This document shows, in pieces, positions 12,643 through 24,878 of a DNA stretch of 64,000 bases. The position numbers and the translations under genes were made by a program. How positions within the stretch are numbered: the first letter of the stretch is position 1; each line of letters starts with the position of its first letter. The notes below the pieces were generated by a model. The model made no database searches. It saw only the letters and a program-made list of their open reading frames with translations, and was not told where the DNA came from. Origin of the DNA: Dicyema japonicum (lineage: Eukaryota; Animalia; Dicyemida); NCBI GenBank assembly GCA_011109175.1, contig RDEW01000030.1, positions 665,937 through 729,936 of the forward strand. Reading direction: 5' to 3'.

Positions 12643-13447
12643 TCATTGAATTTTTTGGAGTCTCGCTTTTCTTGTTTGGAAAATGTACGCATCTTCACTT
12701 TTAGCAATTTGTGAATTTTCTGGTCTGTAGTATTTATAGGAACTTGGATTTGAAACGACGTTCGATTTCCCTAAACTATCGAATTGATTATAATTATTTC
12801 TAAAATTATAAATTTGATAAAACTTATTCGATTCGCTATCTGCCGATACGAAAAGCCTGTTTTGAGTAGTGATTGGCACAAAAGTTCTCCTCGTAGTTAG
12901 CCTAGGTGTAGTGGTCGTAGTTGGGTTCGGTGTTATAGTTTGTCTTAATTCTGTAAGTTTATTAGTCTGCTCTGTTTGAAGAGTTAGAGGAGAGTGTCTA
13001 TAGTTTATCCGAACGAAGAGGATTTTTTGGTTGGAAAATGTCTTCGTATTGAATATCCACGTGAGGAAGTATCTTCACTAAATGTCTATTTGAATTAGTC
13101 TTAGTCATACTTAGGTAAGGCTGGAGTCGTGGAAAATGCTTCATGGATGTTAAACATCGTCTTCTTAGTTGTCGTAGTAGAGATCTTTTTTTTTCTTTCA
13201 TATTGTTCCATTCTCATTTTACTAATTCTTTCAGTTTGTCTTGTCTTTCAACATCCAGAATTACTTCATTCTTTTGTGCTTTTTCCAGAGCTTCCTTAGC
13301 CAGAGTTTGACGGTGAACTAAGACATTTTGATCCAGCTCCATATTTTCCCGTTTCTCTAATCTATTTTTCTCTCTCTCCATTTTTAGTTTATTCATTTTT
13401 TTCTGTATCAAATCTTCTTTTTTATTTAAATTAGCTGTAGACATCAT
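12643..13447 (-). CDS. Putative orphan gene, K/E-rich coiled-coil N-terminus then Thr-rich tract
   Basis: Three consecutive same-strand ORFs with coding-like composition. No family recognised; splicing unresolved. Confidence 0.4.
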
Positions 13448-13739
13448 GACTGTCGCTTTAAATTGTAGTTTCGGGATTTTTTCAGTTTATATTTGATTCT
13501 TCGTATTAGGCTACTTTAATTCATTTAAAATAGAAGCAATTGGTTGACGATAAAATAAGTTGCAATTTGGAAATTTACATTTATGGAAGTTTTCATATAC
13601 AATCCACTCTGATTTTCAACCAGAATTTTAAATATCTTAAACGAGGCCAAATACCGAATATATTAAACAAGCCTAAGATTGAAAAAGTTTAATTTTGTTC
13701 GCTTTAAAGAGTCAAACCAACTCTGTCTTGTTATTTAAC

Positions 13740-14260
13740 TTACTAACAGTTACCTATACCACAAAAGAAATCGCAGAAGATACTGGGAGTCACTTTTGAT
13801 ACTTTCCTCTGCTTCTCAGCCCATGTGGAATCTATCATATCAACCTGCGCAAAGAAGATCAATTTTGTAAAGGCCTTCCTTTGGAACTGTGGAGGAATTT
13901 ATCCGCCAAGTATCGGGACCCTCTACAAGCAGTATGTCGAGCCAACAATAGGCTATGCATGTGCTTCATGGGGATCTAACTTGTCGGCAACGAACCTAAC
14001 AAAAATTCAAGAGATCCAGTCAAGAGCAAAAAATTACTAGAAAAATATACAGATAAAGAAATTGCCCCCAGAGCACTCGAGTCTATCATAGAGGCAACTG
14101 GAGGCAATTTCAGAAAGAGGAAAGGAAAAAGACCCCCGTCCGTATAGAAAATGCGTGGGATCACGGTCGGAGCATCGAGAAAAAATGGCCCGATTATTGG
14201 AGAGATGCCGGGATCACCTGAATATTAGTTATTCGTTAAGACGGTGTTTCTTTGGCTTAA
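13740..14260 (+). mobile_element. Jockey/I-like LINE 3' fragment
   Basis: ILGVTFD..LYKQYVEPTIGYACASW..KIQEIQ; ends with the ccgggatcac motif shared with 14930, 27470 and 59730. Confidence 0.75.
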
Positions 14261-14349
14261 ATAATAATAAAAAAAACAGTTGACAACTAATTAAAATCAT
14301 CTCCTCTTACCATCTCGTTAAAGCATACCTTCCAATATCACAAAAGTCT

Positions 14350-14472
14350 ATTAGAACCAGCGAAAGGGAAGAGAACACCTTGTCTATGTAGTTGTGAATC
14401 CCTCCAATGGAGTGTAGACCAAATGATCTTTTTTTGTACCACCTTTGGATCGCAGTGGATCACATGACGAAA
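14350..14472 (-). mobile_element. Degenerate partial copy of short element family A
   Basis: gtagttgtgaatccctccaatggagtg..aaatgatc..gtggatcacatgacg aligns with ~24995-25115. Confidence 0.65.
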
Positions 14473-14519
14473 CTTCCTCACATGTGCTAGTTCCACAAGT
14501 TGGTTTGAAGCAGAGATGA

Positions 14520-15300
14520 AATCTTATTAATCCCATGTTTGTGGTCACCCACCATACTTTCAAGTTTTTTTCACGGCTGATTGAATGTAAATCCTCATTG
14601 CTTCTTTGGTGGATAGTCTACAATTCTTGAAACATTTTGAGACACTCCATCCAGTCACCAGCGGAATAACCTTAACTTGATAGTGTAGAGAAGAGATAGC
14701 AGGAAGGTACTTGTAACAATTTAACCGGAGAACACTAAACGTCTCCTTAATCAAGGAATACCTTACGGAACGCCACCGAGACTTCCTCAAGATGTCAAAG
14801 TCTCTTGAACATCCTTTCGGGTCGGAAATCAAACTACGCCTGTCCGAGATACGAGAAGAAACCTTCCCCTTTGTGGAGATTAATCCAGGAAGCCAAAACT
14901 AGCCGCAGGAGAAAACCTAGTATGGACTCCGGGATCACTTAATTAGACGATAACTCTTGTCCTCTTTCTTTGGTTCCGGAGTTAATAAAATAAATTGATT
15001 CCGTACATTCTCCGTACACATATAGAATGCTTATTGCTAATTTATTCTTTTCGAACTTCACTTGTTGTACAACACATAAATCAAATTTTGTGTTTTATTG
15101 GGGACATAACTATCATAGAGGTGGGTATTACTCACCTAGAGTGTTTGCGGACAATGGAGGTGGAGAAGAAGCGTAAGTAGGCTTTTCTCGCAAATAGATT
15201 GTTATTCCCCTTACACGTGATGATATAATTACTAAGTTCCACAGAGGGTAATCGGGAGTAAATAGAAATAGTCACCCCATTATGCAATCAATTGGACTCA
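14520..15300. mobile_element. Two R4/Dong-like RLE 3' scraps (minus 14520-14720, plus 15100-15300) around a Jockey-like tail
   Basis: QVKVIPLVTGWSVSKCFK..YIQSAVKKT and IIEVGITHLECLRTMEVEKKRK are homologous to the 4610-6230 element. Confidence 0.65.
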
Positions 15301-15599
15301 GAATAACTCCCGAAAGTGTGTTTCCTGATTCATGTCGAGCCATTTTGTTAGCCGACTGTGGAAAAGACTAAGAAAATAAGTTAGTGGAATTTTCGCAAGC
15401 AGAAGGAAAAGACATATGAAAAAATGATCGAAGTAATTATTTCTCTGATTTTAGTTTCGTTTTATGGATAAAAAGACATCTCTCAAATTCCACGTTATTC
15501 GCTCAATCATTGAGTCTCTTCACTATTACTCACACTTCAGTTACTAAAGATAAATCAATTCAAATTTTTCCAGATCAAAGCTTATTTAAATTATTTTTT

Positions 15600-15770
15600 T
15601 CTTGGTTGCGTATGAGTCCCTAAGAAAATACGGTTCCTCAGTGCTAATGATGGGATCACTCGCCGATACAAGATTATCGTATAGAAGTGAAGCTTTCAAC
15701 TTTCAACAAAATGGACAGCAGCGAGATTCGAACACTCAACTGTCTGGATTTTATGGGGTACTTATGACAA
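15600..15770 (-). mobile_element. Diverged SINE family 1 copy
   Basis: Reverse complement gtgttcgaatctcgctgctg..gagtgatcccatcattagcactgaggaac aligns with 1825-1950. Confidence 0.6.
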
Positions 15771-15930
15771 TGATCCATCCAGGTTTTAAAACATGATTTG
15801 CAATAAATGAAATAAATTATTGATTAGATTAAAAAAATAATTTAAAAATAAATATTCTTGATCGTGTTTCTGGTTTGTTTTGTTATTCAATGCCAATATG
15901 AATTAAAATATTAATACTAATTAATAGGAT

Positions 15931-16429
15931 ATGCCAGTTCTCCAATCACTTGTAATTCAAGAACAGGAAGCCGTCAAATCGTACCAAGTCGATCGAGAAA
16001 AGGTTAGTCACACGTCACAATTAGACATGTCCCTCACTCTTGCGAGTTTTTTGTAATATAGCCAGTCACCATCAACTCTCCGACTTTGAAAAGGGCAATC
16101 TTCCTTCAAGTGAGTACAGGATTTACACGTGGTATTGACTTTGTTGGTCATTTTTCAGGAAGGATGCCACTCTCAAGGAGTTGACCTCACTGCTACGGAA
16201 AGTGAAGCCCGAAGTGAGGAGAAGGGACACTGTCATCAAGTTTTTGGAGGTCTATCCCGATTCAAGGAGTTACAGATTCCTTAGCAGAGATTTGGGGACA
16301 ATTATTGTTGGTGAGAACACTGATGGCGATGAAGTGACACTGGAATCGAAAGGATTCCGTATTGGGAACTATATTGACGTCTCCATTACTCCTCCCGGTC
16401 ACATTCCTCCACGACGCAGAAGATTCTAA
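15931..16429 (+). CDS. SAP18: Sin3-associated polypeptide p18 (3 exons)
   Basis: MPVLQSLVIQEQEAVKSYQVDREK|TCPSLLRVF..EYRIYTW|KDATLKELTSLL..FRIGNYIDVSITPP. Introns 16003-16024 (22 nt) and 16132-16158 (27 nt) give a clean frame. Confidence 0.95.
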
Positions 16430-16589
16430 CTGTTTTGTTTGTCAATTTGGCATTTTTGTTAATTATATCTAGAATTTTGTTGAATTTAGCTCATCTACAT
16501 AATTAGTGCTCTCTTAACGAGCAAAGTACGTGGTACTACCCGAGGATTTTTTGTCTGTTCCGCTCGCCGGTGAAACAAATTTTTTCTTG

Positions 16590-16760
16590 AGACGCTGGAA
16601 TTCTTGGGCCGTCTATGGAATCGGATTTCTAAACGAACAGGATATTTCCGTAAGCGCTGCAAGCTATTTGAGCGAATCTCGCTCGCCGTCCTAAGAGGGA
16701 ATAGCCACGCAGTGAAGGCGGCTGATGTATGACCATCGGTTGATTGTTTCTTTAATAATA
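16590..16760 (+). mobile_element. CRE-like LINE short 3' end
   Basis: gagcgaatctcgctcgccgtcctaagagggaatagccacgcagt (ERISLAVLRGN) also occurs at 24545, 37290 and 60240. Confidence 0.75.
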
Positions 16761-16849
16761 ATACTGCACTTAGCGAAGAGTCATATTAGCAATAGCTCCT
16801 CCCAAACAAAACACACTATTTTAGGTCATGAACAGTTATCATAACTACT

Positions 16850-17020
16850 CGATGAGGGAGAACCAAGGAATGTTCTTAGATTATTTTTATGTTGGATGTG
16901 AGTCCTTTTTTAATGATCGGTTGCGTAGTGAGATGTTCGCTGATGACGGCGTAAAGTCAAAGCACCGTAGATACGCGGAACCTTCAGCTGGAATGTACAG
17001 CAGAGAGATTTGACCTAGGG
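16850..17020 (-). mobile_element. Diverged SINE family 1 copy
   Basis: gctgatgacggcgt..cgtagatacgcggaaccttc aligns with 47165-47240. Confidence 0.65.
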
Positions 17021-17459
17021 GCCATTAGGCCTTTTACCTTCCACTCGTTACACTGATTGTTTCTTTATTCTATTTTAAACTGAGAAATTTATTATTTTTT
17101 TAAATTATTGCAGTTATCTATTATTAGATATGGGTTTGTACATAAAGGTGATCAGAAAACGGTGTTTCTTCTTTATGAGGTATCCGCCAACACCAGCTGC
17201 AGATTTTTGATTGGCAATTTTTGTTGAAAGTATAACTTCTTCCATTATTTACACTTCAAACCACGTGGATTACATGACGTCGGATTTATGGTTTCTTTTT
17301 GATTCGAACAATGTTAAACAATAGAAACAAATCAGACTCTAGCTAGCAGAGACAGTTAACATTGCCACGGATAATGGAAGTTCTATGCGCTGATAGAATC
17401 AACTCCATTTACGGAATCTCAAAGTCGCGCTGAGATTATTATTATTGGCACTAATGGTA

Positions 17460-17900
17460 TCTCATAGCTCGTGACAAAACATGTGCAACTTGGAAAATCA
17501 AGCTACTAGTTAGTTTCTTCCATTTTTAGCGACTCTTTGCCATATCCCGTACCTTCCCGTCCCTGAGTCGTCTCCCAATTTCTTTAAGGTCTTCATCAAG
17601 GATGGTCAGTAGAGTTTTCCTTAGTCGACCACAGAAACGTGGAGCGTCCAGAACAGAGTAGTCCTCCATGGCAACATTTGCGGGGATTCCCGGGTCCAGA
17701 CGAAGTACAAATACGTCTCCATCTTGCTTCCAGGATTTCTCTGACATTGAAAGTCAAGAGGGAGAAGTCTAGTCCTTGAATTCCATGTTTTCCAGAGATA
17801 TTGTTCAAGAGTCATGTCACCAACTCAACCAAAGATGGCATTTCCAATTTCACTGATGACTCCTTGCCAATCATTTCACTGATAAAAAGAGCAGAAAACG
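17460..17900 (-). mobile_element. RTE-like LINE 3' fragment (second subfamily tail)
   Basis: LRLDPGIPANVAMEDY..GRLRKTLLTILDEDLKEIG. Tail gcacatgttttgtcacgagctatg is related to tails at 23810 and 30830. Confidence 0.75.
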
Positions 17901-18384
17901 TGGATCAAAATTCAATGATTAACTTGAAAAATATGGTAAAAAAATATTTTTCATTTGCGATGAAACTGCAATTATTTATAATAAAAAAAGTTTTGTTGGA
18001 AAAAAGTAAATCATCCAACAGATAAAATAAGAAAATAACGTCTCTTGCTTTTTTTATATTGCAGCTACACTAAAGAAAAGTATAAACCACTTATTATTCA
18101 AACTGACCCTCTAGAAAAAAACCCGAATGAAAATGACCAATAGTTAGAAATTCTCTGAATTATGAGCAAACCTAGAGGAAAGGGTTCATTTTAGGCCACG
18201 CCCTGCCTTGAAAAACATCCTCACGCTAATGAAAACAATGATGAACAAAATTGGATTTGTGAGAAATTTATGTCACAAGATCAATCATTTAATTCAAAAT
18301 AGACAAATAATTGTAACAACTAGCAAATCTAAAGTCATCAAAGAGCTATGATGGCCTTATTAATGAGCCTCTTAAAAACATAAT

Positions 18385-18530
18385 ACTTTTCGCGAGAGCC
18401 ATAATACTTATATATAGTTCCGCACAGCAGGACACAGACTAAAGCAAAGGTATGATAACTAATCCTAGAAAGGGAACCAAGGAATGTTCTCTACTTCTTT
18501 TTCTTTGGGGGTCTTATATTTTTAAATGCT
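18385..18530 (-). mobile_element. SINE family 1 3' portion
   Basis: cgagagccataatacttatatatagttccgcacagcaggacaca matches the tail at 47003-47055. Confidence 0.6.
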
Positions 18531-18559
18531 ATCTTCTTATTTTTCACAAATAAAATAAT

Positions 18560-20080
18560 TTAGACAACAATTAGGACGACAGAATGGCAAAGGCGTTACC
18601 TCTGATAATCACCATTTCGAGCTTCTGCCTCAACCAGAGTCCCTTTCGTGGCTCGCACCTTTTTGAGGCGAGTTTGCTTCCAATGTTGTGGAGAAAGGCG
18701 TCAGTCTTCACGCTACAGTTCCAGTTGTCTCCACAGCAATGGGGGCGAAATGGCAATGGTCTCCGAGGGATTCGTACTTATGGATCGTCTTGACCTGGTC
18801 GGCTGCGTCTCCAGAAGAGTACGTTGCCGTCAGCAATCTGGCTTCTGAGAAGGTGTCCACACACGTTGCGATTTTCCGTGGGAGTATGGGAATAACGTCA
18901 TTCCATCCGACCTCTTACCGTCGCCTCTGTCTAAGCCCAATGGTTCCAATTGGGCCGGAAACCCCGCAGCCTTGAGGGCTCGAAAAATGATGTCATTGAG
19001 GGCTGCGTGGCGCGAGGCTCGACCAGCACTTCGTCGGCAAGAGAGTGGATATAAGCCTTTCGTATCAACGTCCCCGCCGCAACGGCATTTGTTTCTCTGG
19101 CATATGTCCAGTGAGTCCAAACTCTTCTGGCAAGCGAAGTTCGACGGGAATTCCAAGTCCAACTCACCCCACAACTTACAAACTCTGTCAAGCTCAGAGT
19201 CCAAAATATGTCCGGTTGCGTTACGTAGGACTGCTTGGGCCAAGCGACTGCAGCTCCCAAGGGATAAAAAGTAGGCAGGCAGGGCGGCTTCAAGGGGGAT
19301 TTCAACCCAATGCCCCCATTTCTCGCAGATAGTTTGCACATTGTCCAGCCCAGATCATCGAATTTGACATTCAGTATTGACTCCGTCGATCGTCTCAGAG
19401 TCCCATCAGTCGACAATAGTGCATTCCGGTGTTCAAAACATGGTGAACATCTCAAATATACATCATCCTCGACATGGAAATACATTTCTTGAGCAAGAAG
19501 AAAGACACATGTGGATCCAAAAATGATACTCTCTTTGTAAAGGCTTCAACTTCATTATTCTTACTGGTAAGGCAGTTTTCCAGCTCGTCGTTTCAGAGAA
19601 GGCAGCCAAGGAAGTGTACCTTGTCCAAGGAGGATATGCTGAAACCTAGATGTAGGGATCTGAATTCTTGGCAGGCAGTGGAAAACTTTGACACTTAAAC
19701 CCAATTCGTTTAGAGCTGGAATGGTTGGAGGAATATCCTGATAAACATTCTCCCATGGGCCAGCTATTATGGCGTCGTCCAAGTACCACAGGTTGAGTTC
19801 ACAGTTTATGTGTCAATTGTCATTGCGAAAAACAAATGCCCTAAAGGGCCTCCCTGCTGAACGCCTGTGCGTGAATAAACGATATCGTTTCCGTAAACTA
19901 AGGCTGAGTCCGTCCCATACGATAAGTGTACAAGTCGGCCAATCTCTGGAGCTCTCTTCCAACAGGTTTCCAAAATACAGTCTCTCCTCAGCGTGTGGAA
20001 GGCATTTGATATATCAAGCTTCAGGCCTAGTCTTTGGGAATTCATTAAAAAATTGACTCGGGGTTTCATTGGGACGGAGG
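18560..20080 (-). mobile_element. 5'-truncated CRE-clade non-LTR retrotransposon (RT, CCHC finger, RLE)
   Basis: LKLDISNAFHTL..GVQQGGPLG..WYLDD; [27 protein letters not shown]; [15 protein letters not shown]; LRQKLEMVIIRGN. Confidence 0.9.
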
Positions 20081-20259
20081 CGTACTGCAGTTTTTAAATA
20101 TGATCGAGTCGACTTTGATAATCTGAGTTTTAAACATTTTTGAGGTTACAAATCAGCAATTTCGAACAATATTTTAAACTGAAAAATATTAATTAATTAA
20201 AATTATTTTTTTAATTTAAATTAAAAATTTATTTAAATTTAAACGTGTTTATATATCGC

Positions 20260-21669
20260 ATGGTTGTGCTCAAAAATAGAATTGATTATGAGGATTTAAA
20301 TTTATTACGGATAAAATTGGCCTGTTCTATCAGAACTGGTAAATCCCTGACTATTACTACTGTTCAGCAGGATCTCCGAGGTTAGTAACTTATTTAGATG
20401 TAGATTATGAACTAAGTCTCCTTAAACTCGTGGAAAATCTAACGAACGGGACTTTCATAAAATTCGACAAAAACATGTATTTTTAAAAATTTTATTCTAT
20501 CAGCAAAAAAGCTGAATTTTCATCCGGGATTTCTGATCGGAGGGCATCTTTCTTTTGACTGCGCCAAGTCACGTGGTTTAGGGTACTACCTGCAATTTTT
20601 GTTGATGGTGGTCCCCTTCGTCAAGAATGAGCTGAATCTGACTTAACTGGAGTCACAGACGACCTAACCGATCCATCAGTATAAGTTGGGAGTAACATTA
20701 GGTCGACTATTTGGTTCGCTCCTCACTTCCGATTGTAAACTGTTTTATGTCAGGAAATGACTCGACTATTGGGATTGAAGTGAAAAGAAGGGGAGTGAGT
20801 CCTAATGGAGGAGGTGTCGTTGTTCTGACTTCCTCTCCAACTAGTGTGTTCAAACCACGACAGTTAATTGACTGTGGAAAAATCAAAAGAATTCGTGGAA
20901 TTGCGTTTGTTTTTTTAAACATATTTTATATTTTTTTGTTTTTATAATTAAGTTTTATTCATTTTTTAATTTAAAATTCTATTTAATTTTATTTTTATAA
21001 TTATTTTTTATAAAAAATTTAATCTTAAAATTTATGTGTAGATGGACTGTGAAAGTTTCCCCAGCAATCTCGAATAGAATAATTTTTTCTGCGCGTTCAA
21101 TATTGAATAAATTTATTCCCGATATCTACATAAATACACATCATACAAAGAGTATTTCAAATGAAAAGTATTTTTGCTTTGTTTTCTTTGATGTTCCCCT
21201 GGATTTGGAGTCACATTGTGGGCTCAGACTACTTCGGGAGTCATCTATAGTTCCCATTCATGTTCGAAACCCCGCTTGTCAGATGAAATGCCAGTGGAAA
21301 ATCCAAGTACTCCGGAGGAAGTTGGGCTTGAGGCTGCGAATATGCTAATTTGCGAGATTTTTAAGGTTTTTAGTAATTTATAGCTAAGGGCGGTTGCACT
21401 TGTTCGGGGAATCAGTCTCTGGTATGTTGGATGATGGCGGTCAATCAGGCGGACGTTTCAAGGGCAATAATGTCCCCTCCTACGTCTTTTACGTATTCTT
21501 GATTTGCTAGTTTAGTGTGGGAGCTCTGAGGTTACTTAGGGACTTCTTTGGGGTTGTCTTTAAAATGGAGCGTGTAGAACAGGATGAAGAGGTTGAGCAA
21601 GGTGGTACTAAGTTGAGTTATACTTGTGTGGGAATCGGTTATACCAATTCCAATAGGGAAGTTATTTGA
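20260..21669 (+). CDS. RCL1: RNA 3'-terminal phosphate cyclase-like protein (18S rRNA processing), multi-exon
   Basis: LRDYELSLLKLVENLTNG; RRGVSPNGGG; GKIKRIRGIA; SARSILNKFIPDIYI; SPGFGVTLWAQTTSG; TCVGIGYTN. Three 23-nt introns restore colinearity with canonical RCL1. Confidence 0.93.
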
Positions 21670-21899
21670 ATATTACTTTATTTTTATAAAGATTTTTTAG
21701 ATTGTTTATCTGCGTTAGCACCTTATTTTCAGTTATTGATATTCAAAAAACGTATTTAGTAAGTCGCTCTCATGATCGAACGCATTACCTCTTACATTTT
21801 GATGAAAATTAGTTGAATCAGCAACCCCCTCTTCTCGGATTACCCTCCACCTCTTTTTCATCAACGACACGTAAGGAGGAAAGCGACCAGAGTCCTATG

Positions 21900-22560
21900 A
21901 TTTTTGAGGTTTCCATTTATGTGTTGTTTATGATTTCGTGTACTATATTTAGAATGAGAGTTATTCTTCTATCCTGTTAAATATGTTGAGTTTTTTGCTA
22001 GCTAGTTGGAAGCACCACCTATTTCCCATAACCATACGAGTACTTAAGGTTTCGTTTGCCGTACTCTCTAGTATTTTTTCTACTATTTTCTTACGTCTAA
22101 TTTTCCTTTTTGAACGTATGTTCAGCATCTCCCAGAAGTGAGCCAAACTTTTTTATGAACCTACTTTCATCAACCCGCGTGGGCATCTTAGAAACAAAGT
22201 TGATGCCATCCGTATATATTAGTTCTACAAGACGTTCATTTAGGTAACCCAATTCTCTCCGTACGTTGTTAACTCAGCTTCCAAATAAATTGCAAAGAGT
22301 AGTGAAAGTGAGTCACACAGAGGAGTACCTGTCGTAAATTTTTTTGACTACTTTTTTTCTTCTTCACCTTCAGGCATCTGGCAGCAAAAATCATATAATT
22401 CTCGAGAGTAAACATAGTTTTATAGCCATTATTATTTAGTGGGATCGCACATTTTTGAGGTTTCTGTAAAGGAAGTAATATTCCCGTTGAAATTTTAACT
22501 GAACAGTGACTCTTGAATATTTCGTTGACCATAAACAATATTTTTTCAGTCAGTTGTGTC
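21900..22560 (-). mobile_element. Old, deletion-riddled RTE-like RT fossil
   Basis: TGILLPLQKP and AIYLEAEL..ELIYTDGINFVS are homologous to TIYLEAAM..VIYADDVDLIS of the 1-1345 element. Confidence 0.6.
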
Positions 22561-22859
22561 GATGTTTGTGTAGTCTATTCACTATTGATAGGGATACTGA
22601 AAAACCCATTTTATAATGTCGGCAGTCGAATAGTATTATTAACCATTAATTGCTGTTTGTACACCCCCATCCATTTTCACATTCATCTCCGACAGGCATG
22701 ACAAGCTAATTTTGTAAATTCCCAGATCTTTGTATAATGTTCGAAACGATCCCTCTGACAGTGAAATTTGCAATGGAAAACAGAATAGACAAACTGATTA
22801 CTATAAAGAAGACATTACTGAGGTCGAGAACAGAAAATTCTGGAGCAAGCTAACTCTTT

Positions 22860-22930
22860 CTGTGTTTTTTTGCTGCACATGCTGGGCTATAAATATTATG
22901 GCTCTCGTGAAAGTGCTATTAAAAATAATA
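22860..22930 (+). mobile_element. RTE-like LINE tail only
   Basis: gctgcacatgctgggctataaatattatggctctcgtgaaagtgc is nearly identical to 49163-49208. Confidence 0.75.
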
Positions 22931-23599
22931 ATCCTTCTTCCAGCAAACCATCTCGCTGGTTGTAGAGTATGACTCTGTTGCGTGGAGATTCGCGCCATCG
23001 GAAACTATGTTCCACAGACTAAACTTAATTTACCGAACAACCATTTGCATGTTGGGTCCTCATACTGTATCACCAGTCACTCCCCTGCTCACTGATGCTA
23101 CGATCCGTAGTCGTGGATCCGAATTCGCCCTGGACTGTGAGGAAAATGGAAACCCTCTTCCCCTGTATATATCTAAGGTAAAAGAAAATCGATTGGTACA
23201 AAAATTCCCTCACCAATCGAGTTCCTCTGCAGGAATGAGAGAAGGCTCTTTCGTACGATAGTGGAGACTATGGAAGACCACAGGCATGGTGGTGCAGTTG
23301 ATAGCGGGAACTGAGATCACCTATCTTTTTGACGTTTTTTCTAACTTTCTTTCTCAGTGATCTCGGGGTTATAAATAAAAGAGACCCTGTTGAGAAACGC
23401 TGATTTAATAAAAAAAACTCAGCATAGAATAATTACATCTCCAAACACGTTCAAAAAGTAATTATTGTTCGTTCATTTTAGGAAAATCAAATATTGAAGA
23501 TTTCAAAAACGAATGGACACATTTACAGGATTAAAAAAGAATCGAATCCTTTTGCTAAACAATAAAATATCCTCTTTCTTAATTCAATAACCCTAGTTA

Positions 23600-23835
23600 T
23601 ACCGGAAAGGGGTTAAGAGAGTTAATTAACGCGAAGGACTTCTCCTTCGACGTTCCGCGATCCCGTGAACGACCAAGGACCACTCTATCGATGATATTGG
23701 AAGGCGACTTCCAAAAAAATGAAAAGTGTATCAAAGAGGAATAAGACTTTGATGGACTACGGAAACTTGTTGTGATAGATAACGTTATTACAAGCTTCTC
23801 TGGTTGCACATGGTTTGTCATGACCATATCGCAGG
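23600..23835 (+). mobile_element. RTE-like LINE 3' fragment
   Basis: RERPRTTLSMILEGD..DFDGLRKL plus tail ggttgcacatggtttgtcatgaccatatc. Confidence 0.65.
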
Positions 23836-24529
23836 AAAAGTGCAATAATAACAATTGAAGCTAACAATAAAAATGCCCATTAGAATGACGCAAATAACAA
23901 AAAAAATTTTAAAAATGCCGAAAAATAATTATTCGAAAACCAAAAAACCGACATTTATTAAACTCCCTAAGGTTATAATTAATCGGATCATTGATGAAAA
24001 AAAGGAGGAACAACCGAGAAGGACGGTTGATTAATCGCATTTCCATACAAATCGTAAGGGGGAATGCAGTCTCAATCACGAGAACTACTTACTAATTTAT
24101 AATATTTTGTAAGTTTAATAAATCATTTTTATCTGAAAATCAAAAAATATTTCCGAAGAAGAATTTATTAGGACTAATATCTCCTTAACAGTCTTAACTT
24201 CAGCAACTAACGAAGATTTCTTATAAAAATCGAAAGATAAATTTCGAAAAATTTTGTCTATTTTCCTGTTGCGTTCGTGATTATGAGAAATATACCATTG
24301 CGTGCTCAATGCCTGCAGGCCATAATGGAGGCCTATCATAACAACTAACTAGATAATTTTAATAATTGTAATTATTTTTTAATATAAATCATTTTCCTAT
24401 TATTATCGAAAATCAATTAATTATTAGCATAAATTAATATAATTATTTTCCAAGTCAATCTAATGAAATAAACTACAGAATATTTTTGCCTACGATTACC
24501 AATTAATTCACATTTTAATCTAAATCGAT

Positions 24530-24660
24530 CGCTGCTGGATATTTGAGCGAATCTCGCTCTCCATCCTAAGAGGGAATAGCGACGCAGTCAGGATGTTGTA
24601 TGACCTTTCTGTTTATTCTGTATTTTAATATCTAAATCTCAAAATAATAATAACTTAGTG
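24530..24660 (+). mobile_element. CRE-like LINE short 3' end
   Basis: tttgagcgaatctcgctctccatcctaagagggaatagcgacgcagtc. Confidence 0.7.
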
Positions 24661-24878
24661 AGTAATTGAAAGCAAATTATTCCTTGCGATTTGTTTGGAA
24701 ATACATTCTATCAATCTTCTCGGCTAACACTCCTCCTTTTTGCTATCAAAGATCCGATGACATGTAGGAAAGGATGTGATTTTGTTTTTAGAATCCCAGA
24801 CGATTCCACAACACGGGGTTGAAAACAAATTGCCACCTAAAATCACGCACTCGATTCTTTAATAGTTTGGCCCTCGAT

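Noticed and set aside
20381-20397. 17-18 nt introns in RCL1 (near record short)
   Set aside because: Downstream AGs giving 23-nt introns align better with canonical RCL1 (LRDYE, EIFKGGC, FTVGAL).
23597-23854. Minus-strand 85-aa ORF as a host gene
   Set aside because: It is the antisense of an RTE-like 3' fragment.
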